This document shows, piece by piece, positions 45,858 to 52,940 of a stretch of 64,000 nt of DNA. The notes under the pieces are model-generated. The model worked only from the letters and a program-made list of their open reading frames with translations, was not told where the DNA came from and ran no database searches. Each line of letters begins with the position of its first letter. Within the stretch, counting starts at the first letter, position 1. The DNA is from an uncultured Lachnospiraceae bacterium (GTDB taxonomy: Bacteria; Bacillota; Clostridia; Lachnospirales; Lachnospiraceae): assembly GCA_902780385.1 (NCBI GenBank), contig CACZFF010000015.1, positions 4,802 to 68,801 of the forward strand, in the 5' to 3' direction. A program made the position numbers and the translations under genes.

Positions 45858-46544
45858 TTAAGGAAAGAGCTGTTTCTTTCTGATCCACTTCAGATAATTC
45901 TTTTTGAAGTCACGAATCGAGTTGAAGAATTCAAGTTCGGATTTGCTAAAGGCTCTTTGTTCAGCTTTAATTGCCAATAGTTCTAATGTGCAGATCATAT
46001 CAGCGATTTGGAACAGGCGATAATCAACTGGAAGCACCTTTCTGTATTCCACAGACAAAAAGTGAGAACTGAACACAGATGTAATGATCTTTGTTAACTG
46101 AGTCTGACCGTTATCGTAATAGATGATGATTTTATCAAAACTGTCAAAATAACATTTGCTCCGGTCGAGTATTTCGCCGAACTTCCTGGAGATACGAGCT
46201 GTAAGAGTGATTTCATCCGGGCAATCATGCTTTTCAATTTGGATGCAATCATAATAGAGTGGCATCTTACGAGCGAAGTTGAACAGAGCTGAGAAAAGGC
46301 GTTTGCGTACTTCGGGTCGTTCATTCGCATAATCTGCTTCACGACGAACCAGAGGACCTGTGTGCAGAGCATGTTTGCCATAACCATGATAGTCAAGATG
46401 CGTCTCAAAAGAAGATAGATTCTGAGAGATATCATTCGATTGGTCGTGGTAAACGAGTGCAACGAGATAATATGGAGCATGTGGCTCATATGTTCCAAAG
46501 TCACCGGATTCATCAATAAAAATACTGAGAGTCTTGGTAGACAT
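45858..46544 (-). CDS. DUF3800 domain protein
   Basis: N-terminal LSIFIDESGDFG, the hallmark of DUF3800. 228 aa. AAGGAG RBS. Confidence 0.85.
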   Translation of the reverse strand: MSTKTLSIFIDESGDFGTYEPHAPYYLVALVYHDQSNDISQNLSSFETHLDYHGYGKHALHTGPLVRREADYANERPEVRKRLFSALFNFARKMPLYYDCIQIEKHDCPDEITLTARISRKFGEILDRSKCYFDSFDKIIIYYDNGQTQLTKIITSVFSSHFLSVEYRKVLPVDYRLFQIADMICTLELLAIKAEQRAFSKSELEFFNSIRDFKKNYLKWIRKKQLFP

Positions 46545-46646
46545 TCTTCAATCTCCTTAAAAAATAAAAGTGGCGGGGAAATTCCCCGCCGATCGGTGGG
46601 ACCAGGGTCTTACGACCAGCCCCATAAGGTGTCTAGCACCATTTGT
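46545..46646 (-). ncRNA. structured 5' leader of the DUF3800 gene with an intrinsic terminator (candidate DUF3800-associated RNA motif / attenuator)
   Basis: Read on the minus strand: GGTG-CTAGA-CACC; then GGGGCTGGTC-GTAA-GACC-CT-GGTCCC; then GGCGGGGAA-T-TTCCCCGCC + ACTTTTATTTTTT; then AAGGAG and ATG. Confidence 0.55.
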
Positions 46647-46652
46647 ACTAAT

Positions 46653-46681
46653 ATTATAACTATTGGACAGACTCTTGTCAA
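46653..46681 (-). promoter_or_regulatory. consensus sigA promoter TTGACA-17-TATAAT driving the DUF3800 leader
   Basis: On the minus strand, TTGACA is at 46681-46676 and TATAAT at 46658-46653. Confidence 0.75.
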
Positions 46682-46807
46682 GGTGTAAAGTAATATTACT
46701 TGACGCGCACTTTTGAGTTTTGTTCCGACAACTGGAAAAGCTAATAATCATGATGCGAGCGGTCATGAAGTTGGTACAAATCAAGTTGGTTATGATTTCG
46801 TAATTGA

Positions 46808-47203
46808 CATCAACAGTCTTGCTCTTGCAGTATGTCCCCTCTGATCCGGTATAAAAAAGATTATGTGACAATTATTCCCCTTGAAGCTCCTCCTGTTTCG
46901 GGGGATATTGTTCTATTTGCAGATTTTACCAGGGACAGGTATGTAATGCACCGTGTCTGGAAGGTCAGGAAAGGGGAAGCGCTGACCTGGGGAGACAACT
47001 GTGACCGTACGGACGGATGGATCCCTCTGGATAAAATCTGGGGTAAGGCCTTGCAGGTTGAAAGGGGCAGGAAGACGATTCAAATGAATGCTCGAAAAGG
47101 ACTTCTCTGGGCGTCTTTCTGGCATAAGGCGGGCAGGGTTTACCGCTTTGTGTTCCGCATTAAAAAAGCTGTTCTCAGGCGTATGAAGCAAATAGTCTTT
47201 TGA
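46808..47203 (+). pseudogene. 5'-truncated S24/S26 (signal-peptidase/LexA-like) peptidase fragment
   Basis: The frame opens only 8 codons before the ATG (stop-HQQSCSCS-MSPLIRY). The SM(S)P nucleophile motif therefore sits at the extreme N-terminus with no preceding segment. Downstream GDIVLF...YVMHRV...WGDNC is family-like. Confidence 0.5.
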
Positions 47204-47735
47204 AATGGGTACCGGGTTCCGGCAAGAGTGTTTATGAGCGGAACAGCGAACAGATGGTAGATGGATGAATTTCTGTATCATGAATCATGGAGGGGTGTTG
47301 CATTACTATAAAATTGCCGAAGTGGTTTTGAAGTCCGTATACTCTTTGCCGTCTTTTTCTGCTTTCGCTTGTGAGTGCGGGACGGCAGATGTGGAATTGG
47401 GCATGACGCAGGAATTGCCGCTGCCGGGCACCGATCAGGAAGCCTGGAGGAGTGTCCATCAACAGGCGGTTGACTGGGCAGAAGGGTCTGCCTGCCTCGG
47501 CCGTCTGACCGCCGGGGGAGCACCTGAAATAAACGTTAATCTGCCAACCGAAAGAGCCTCGGCGCGAGGCCGGGGCTCCCGGGTATTTGATAATTATTCC
47601 GATCATTTGATCAGATTGTCTTTCGACATCAATCCGGGAAATGATCATTTGAACAGTTTTCTCATCCTCCGGGACGCTATATACCTGACAATGCTGAACA
47701 TTGATACTGCTGGATTATAAGACGGAAGGAAAACA

Positions 47736-48644
47736 ATGAGTAAAAAGATGGACCTTACAGGGATGCGGTTTGGAAAGCTGACGGCTCTCGAACCTACAAA
47801 TGAGAGAAAAAACGGCTACACTGTTTGGCTTTGCAGGTGTGACTGCGGTAATACTGTGCATGCGGCGTCGCGCTTTCTTAAAAATGGCTGGATGACTTCC
47901 TGTGGGTGCGTGGAAAAAAAGCCGCGATATGAAGACCTGACCGGAAAACGTTTTGGAAAACTTCAGGTCCTTTCGATAGCACCGGATCGGGATATCCACG
48001 GCCGTATACAGTGGAACTGTGTCTGCGACTGCGGGAACAGAATCGTTGCGCCTGCCGGCCAGCTGGTGAATGGTTACAGGCGCAGCTGCGGATGTCTCAG
48101 CCGCCCGCCTCTCAAGGACTGGATCGGAAAACAATTCGGGGAACTGACGGTGACCGCCTATGACGGAAAACGTGACAAAAAACACTACTGGAAATGCAAG
48201 TGCAGCTGTGGGAATGAGACAAGCGTCTGTCAGTCCAGCCTCATGAGCGGACATACTACCAGCTGCGGCTGCCGCAATACGCCTTTCGCAGCCAAGCACT
48301 TCATCGAGGGGACCTGCGTGGAGAATATCCGCAGCAGGCGGATTGCCAAAAACAATACCAGCGGTGTCCGCGGCGTCTACAAATCAGAACGCAGCGGCAA
48401 GTGGTGTGCACAGATTACCTTCCAGGGAAGGACCCGTTACCTGGGCAGTTTTTTCACACTGGAGGAGGCAGCCGAGGCGCGCAAAAAAGGAGAGCAGCTA
48501 TTTGACGAGTTCCTTGCGCGTTTCGACATGGCACATCCCGAACAAAAGAACGGAAAGATTCCGCCGGAAGAGATCCGCACAGAGACCAAACACATCGTAC
48601 ACATTTTGCATTCGGATTCGGATGCAAGGAAGATTCCTGTATGA
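47736..48644 (+). CDS. AP2/ERF-domain DNA-binding protein with four Cys-rich repeats
   Basis: Four copies of G.RFGKL.V...W.C.CDCGN......L..G...SCGC. This is followed by NTSGVRGVYKSERSGKWCAQITFQGRTRYLGSFFTLEEAAEARKKGE, an AP2 fold signature. Confidence 0.8.
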   Translation: MSKKMDLTGMRFGKLTALEPTNERKNGYTVWLCRCDCGNTVHAASRFLKNGWMTSCGCVEKKPRYEDLTGKRFGKLQVLSIAPDRDIHGRIQWNCVCDCGNRIVAPAGQLVNGYRRSCGCLSRPPLKDWIGKQFGELTVTAYDGKRDKKHYWKCKCSCGNETSVCQSSLMSGHTTSCGCRNTPFAAKHFIEGTCVENIRSRRIAKNNTSGVRGVYKSERSGKWCAQITFQGRTRYLGSFFTLEEAAEARKKGEQLFDEFLARFDMAHPEQKNGKIPPEEIRTETKHIVHILHSDSDARKIPV

Positions 48645-48791
48645 ATATTGTTTACTGAACACAAACGTAGAAAAGGCAGGGCGTCAGCCCTGCCTTGCTT
48701 CATGATATTCATATGATATTCATCCGCTATTGCGGGAAAGATGTTTCCTGCAGCAGAACGGTCTTGTGAATGCGCTGCTATGACCAGCGGA

Positions 48792-48932
48792 TCAATCCAG
48801 ATCCTTGTCAACCTTCAGGACAGCGCCGGTAAGGGGATCGATGTCATATTCATATTCGATACCGTTATGGAGGAACTCCACCTCATAGACCAGGCCTCCA
48901 TCCTCACGATCAATCTTTGTTATAGTTAACAT
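48792..48932 (-). CDS. PepSY-like mini-ORF (46 aa), possibly a gene remnant
   Basis: MLTITKIDREDGGLVYEVEFLHNGIEYEYDIDPLTGAVLKVDKDLD resembles the C-terminal half of a PepSY domain. No SD; the ATG overlaps TGGTATAAT. Confidence 0.3.
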   Translation of the reverse strand: MLTITKIDREDGGLVYEVEFLHNGIEYEYDIDPLTGAVLKVDKDLD

Positions 48933-49107
48933 TATACCATTTTTTTGTCACAAAAGAGTCACACAAAACAACCGTCTCTGTCCCGTCACCTGGAAGACCG
49001 GAGGTTGTTTTTTTGGCTAGCTTTTGTGCAGGAGAGCGTTTCATGGTATAATTATCAAAATTTTGATACGTGAATAGTAAAATAAACAGATAATCGGGAG
49101 GGGCTCC

Positions 49108-50553
49108 ATGGATCTTGCAACATTGCTGGTACAGGTTGACGATGTCTTATATACCTGGCTGCTGATCTATCTGCTGGCCGGGAGCGGTATCTATTTTTCC
49201 ATCCGCACGCGCTTCGTGCAGATCAGGCGTTTCAAGGATGCCATGAACTGTATGATGGAAAAGAAAGAGGGCGACAAGGGTGTTTCCTCTTTCCAGGCGC
49301 TGATGATCGCCACTGCTTCCCGCGTAGGCACGGGCAACATGGCGGGCGTTGCTACCGCGATCATTATGGGAGGTCCCGGAGCAGCTTTCTGGATGTGGCT
49401 GATGGCGGTACTCGGTTCTGCATCTGCATTCGTAGAGAGTACGCTTGCACAGATATATAAAAAGAAAGAAGGCGATTCCTTCAAGGGAGGCCCCGCCTAC
49501 TATATCGAGCGTGCCCTCCATGCCCGCTGGCTGGGAATTATTTTTGCAATTTCCCTGATCGCAACCTTTGCCTTCGGTTTCAACGGCCTGCAGGCCTACA
49601 ATATTGTCTCTGCCTTTGAAGTCTATGTGGGAAATCTGCAAGAAAGCATCCTTCCGACAGTGATCGGTGTCATCCTTGCAGTCTGTGCGCTGGTAATCTT
49701 CTTCGCAGGCGACGTCATCGGAAAGATTTCCTCTGTCCTGGTGCCGGTCATGGCTGGCCTCTATATTCTGATCGGTGTCTTTGTCATCATTACCAACATC
49801 ACCCGGATTCCGTCTGTGCTGGCGCTCATTCTGGCAGATGCCTTCGACTTCAAGGCGGTTTTCGGAGGTTTTACCGGATCCTGCATGGTGCTGGGTATTA
49901 AGCGAGGCCTCTTTTCCAACGAGGCCGGTATGGGCTCTGCACCCAATGCCAGTGCCTCCGCGACGGTTTCACACCCTGCCAAGCAGGGTCTGGCCCAGAT
50001 CATCTCGGTCTACATTGACACCCTGTTGATCTGCTCCACGACCGTCTTCCTGATTCTCCTGACCGGAGACTGGGCTTTCAGCGGCTATTCGGGTATCCCC
50101 CTCCTTCAGCAGTGCGTTTCCAGAGTCATTGGTCCCATTGGCATCCACTTTGTCACAGTCATTGTCTGTCTCTTCGCTTTTACCTCTATCATAGGCAATT
50201 ACTTCTATGCGGAGGCAAATATCCTCTTTATCACGAAGAACAAGACTGCCATGACGATCTTCCGCATCGCCGCAGCCATCATGGTCTTCATCGGTGCCGG
50301 CAACAGCCTGGATGTCGCATGGAGCCTTGCGGATATCACCATGGGCCTGGAGGCTGTCGTCAATATCATTGCCATCGTCCTCCTCGGCCGCATAGCCTTC
50401 GCAGCCCTCGACGATTACGAGAAGCAGAAGAAAGCAGGCCTCGACCCTGTTTTCTACGAGGGCAGCATCGGGCTTAACGATACGGATGTCTGGAAAGAGT
50501 GTGGTCTTACTCCAGATACATCTCCTGCAGGACAGCCCGGTCCCCGGCTGTAA
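49108..50553 (+). CDS. alanine/glycine:cation symporter (AGCS family)
   Basis: GSGIYFSIRTRFVQIR, SSFQALMIATASRVGTGNMAGVATAI, GLFSNEAGMGSAPNA. Promoter TTGTGC-17-TATAAT with TGG at 49027-49052. Confidence 0.9.
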   Translation: MDLATLLVQVDDVLYTWLLIYLLAGSGIYFSIRTRFVQIRRFKDAMNCMMEKKEGDKGVSSFQALMIATASRVGTGNMAGVATAIIMGGPGAAFWMWLMAVLGSASAFVESTLAQIYKKKEGDSFKGGPAYYIERALHARWLGIIFAISLIATFAFGFNGLQAYNIVSAFEVYVGNLQESILPTVIGVILAVCALVIFFAGDVIGKISSVLVPVMAGLYILIGVFVIITNITRIPSVLALILADAFDFKAVFGGFTGSCMVLGIKRGLFSNEAGMGSAPNASASATVSHPAKQGLAQIISVYIDTLLICSTTVFLILLTGDWAFSGYSGIPLLQQCVSRVIGPIGIHFVTVIVCLFAFTSIIGNYFYAEANILFITKNKTAMTIFRIAAAIMVFIGAGNSLDVAWSLADITMGLEAVVNIIAIVLLGRIAFAALDDYEKQKKAGLDPVFYEGSIGLNDTDVWKECGLTPDTSPAGQPGPRL

Positions 50554-51301
50554 TGCCAAGTCCTTTTTCGAAGAAGGATGGCATATCGCCATACACTGTT
50601 TTTACTGTATTGTAGAAGGAGAACAGGAATTCCTCATCGACGCCGAAGAGATAACTGAGAGACTCATCAGCGAGCGGGCTGTCGGTGGCAGCTTTTTGCT
50701 TTATGCTGTCACATAGGTTTTTGATTTCGCTGTGCAGGCATTTTCTGGTGTACAGGTAGTCGGCAAAGATTTCGCTGCGGGGGACACCAAGTGCTTCCTC
50801 GACAAGGACCGCACCGATTCCGGCGCGGTCTTTTCCTACGGTGCAGTGCCAGAGGACCGCCCGGTTATGGGGTTCTTTCAGAATCCTGAGGAATTTTGAG
50901 TAGCCGGCAAGCTGTGTTTTGCCCGTCGCCATGGAGCTGTAGAGCTGACACATATAAGTGCGGGCCTGGGCAGGTTTGAAGAGCAGGCGGGTAATGATAC
51001 TCTCGTCGGCCTCTGTTTCACGGGTGATACCGGGCGTGAGTGAATCTACGAGGGGGATGTGATAATAAGCTGTATCAGGGATGTCCCGGTCCGGCTGCCT
51101 GGTTTTCTCGCGCGTCGTCCGAAAATCCGCGATCACGCTGAGGAGACCTGAGAGCTGATCGAGATCCTTGTCGGAAATCGCTCCCAGGTGGCCGCAGCGG
51201 ATCAGGCGCCCGCAGCGAATTGAGCGTCCGCCCTCTGCGGGCATCCCGCCCAGATCCCGGATGTTGGGGAGCTGTTCATATGATAGTAAAGTACTTGGCA
51301 T
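50507..51301 (-). CDS. protein-tyrosine phosphatase family protein
   Basis: Signature HCTVGKDRAG (CX5R). N-terminal NIRDLGG. The 3' end overlaps the 3' end of the symporter gene by 47 bp. Confidence 0.85.
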   Translation of the reverse strand: MPSTLLSYEQLPNIRDLGGMPAEGGRSIRCGRLIRCGHLGAISDKDLDQLSGLLSVIADFRTTREKTRQPDRDIPDTAYYHIPLVDSLTPGITRETEADESIITRLLFKPAQARTYMCQLYSSMATGKTQLAGYSKFLRILKEPHNRAVLWHCTVGKDRAGIGAVLVEEALGVPRSEIFADYLYTRKCLHSEIKNLCDSIKQKAATDSPLADESLSYLFGVDEEFLFSFYNTVKTVYGDMPSFFEKGLGITAGDRAVLQEMYLE

Positions 51302-51522
51302 GCCGGCAGGCTCCTTTCTAACTGAACACAGGCATTCGTGCAGTTACGATGCCCATCAGGCTTTTCCTCTATGTTTATTCATCATTGTATTGTAGCGGAC
51401 TTGTCGGGAATGTCAAATGGGCCTGTCATCTCAGAAAACATAAGTATTCGGGATGGAGCGGGCGTGAAAACTGTCGTAAAAGTCTGAAAAATCCAACAAT
51501 TTAATAAAACAAGCTGAATTTA

Positions 51523-51550
51523 TTGACAATTTGATGCTAAATGGTATAAT
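51523..51550 (+). promoter_or_regulatory. near-consensus sigA promoter TTGACA-16-TGgTATAAT
   Basis: TTGACA at 51523-51528, TG at 51542-51543, TATAAT at 51545-51550. Confidence 0.75.
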
Positions 51551-51556
51551 AGTTAC

Positions 51557-52940
51557 ATCAAACAGATAGACGTTACCCGGGTAAAAAAAATACAATTGTC
51601 GATTGAAACTGATGTCAAGTCAAGGAGCAGTTGGTTGTTGTAAACGTCTTGAAGTATTTTATTTAATTTCATAAGGTTGATCTCGATCAACCTGGCCGGT
51701 AGCAAAGGAATCTGGGTAAAGGAGGTACGGACCGAAGTACAACTAAACTTTTTCCACCAAACAAACCAGAATCTGAACTGTTGGAATTTATGAAAGGAAG
51801 GTACGGACCAATTATCTAATAAGTCTTAGCTTTATAAAGTTCGTATCGGAAATCATCTGATCACTGCAGATAGTTCGTGAAGGGGCAGAATTTGCAAGAG
51901 TAACGTGATATTTGCAACAGAAATGTAGTTTATGTATTTTTCAAAGAACGAATTTCGTTGACGGGATGTTGACCCCGCGATGATATTTGTAAAACAGCAT
52001 CAGAGAATCACAATAGGTGTTTGTGAAGAAGTGATTAGTCTTAGACAAATCCGCTGGTGTGAATTCGGAAGATGAAGAAGATAGATAATCTGCAAGATCA
52101 GGATGGTTTTCAAGAGAGTAACTGAATATAATATCAGTAGTAAGAGAACAAGAACATCCTATTGAGTGATGAAATTAGTTCCGGGTACCTTCTGCAGACG
52201 AGAAATGCAGGAGAGAAATTAACTGATACAGTATCCAGTCTCTCAAAAAAATAACTGAATACGGAGGTAAGCACCGTTGGACAAGAATTCCTGAGAAGGG
52301 ATGTTGATCGCAGGCAGGACAAGCCGGACAGCATCCCTTCTCTGTTGCTGTGCAAAGAGTGAAAAATATTGCCGATGCAATATTTTTCACTCCGGATGTT
52401 TGTGCCGGAGCACAAACATCCCCTGATGTCAACGAGAAATCGTCTTTACGAATTTCTCGTTGACGATGCCTACGCTCTGAAGTGCTCCGGCATGTTTCGG
52501 AAGAGTGAAAAAACGCCAATTTCAAAGCCCTTATACGTAAGGCTTTGAAATGCGTATTTTTCCTCGGGGCAGCTCTGGCGAGCGGCATGGTCGTAAAGGG
52601 TGCTGAAGCCGGAATCTCCTCTGAGTGTTCACCTTATTCGCCGGTTTTCAAGTTAAAACTGCGTGAACACATCTGCGGCCGAACCGGCAGAAGCAGGCGT
52701 GACTTGTAACGTGTTCACACAAGATTCGCTTTATTTACACCTTTGTTTTGTTTTCTTTAGAGCGTAAATCTGTTATATTATCGCAATATGGATGAAAACA
52801 GAAAGTCAGGTGCCGCAGAAATCCCAAAACCCCCAAAACCAAAAAACAAAAACCCAAAAACTAAAGTTCAAAAGCCCGATATGACCGGGCATTTGCGGAC
52901 ATTTGACGATCATCACACATGACCAGGAGAGAACAATTAT
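51557..52940 (+). ncRNA. about 1.38 kb ORF-poor transcribed region: candidate large noncoding RNA or giant asnB leader (class unknown)
   Basis: No credible ORF; only two overlapping antisense ORFs of odd composition. AT-rich 5' part with duplicated AGGTACGGACC. Perfect hairpins of 11-16 bp at 52293-52342, 52357-52392, 52394-52421 and 52428-52464, plus an imperfect composite hairpin at 52503-52566. Three-way competing GTGTTCAC/GTGAACAC/GTGTTCAC. CA-rich tract at 52820-52880. Confidence 0.5.

Noticed and set aside
47265-47720. 151-aa + strand ORF and 138-aa minus-strand ORF (47232-47648) as real genes.
   Set aside because: Neither has recognisable motifs or an RBS. An upstream P-loop fragment (VPGSGKS) in another frame suggests the region is a frameshifted remnant, so it is reported only as possible gene decay.
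50507-50553. 47-bp convergent overlap of the symporter and phosphatase genes as a regulatory antisense feature.
   Set aside because: It is more simply explained by a non-conserved C-terminal tail of the symporter reading through until the first stop. There is no structure or motif in the overlap.
52134-52588. Two overlapping minus-strand ORFs (93 and 137 aa) inside the asnB upstream region.
   Set aside because: They overlap each other in different frames, are Cys/Ser/Arg-rich and have no SD. They coincide with the palindromic hairpins, which read open on both strands.
51557-52940. T-box (Asn), known riboswitch classes, 6S, RNase P, tmRNA or SRP as the identity of the long non-coding region.
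   Set aside because: I found no GGTGGTACCGCG-type T-box sequence, no specifier/AG-bay signature, and no diagnostic core sequence of the other classes. I cannot exclude ROOL, GOLLD or OLE by eye, so the class is left open rather than asserted.
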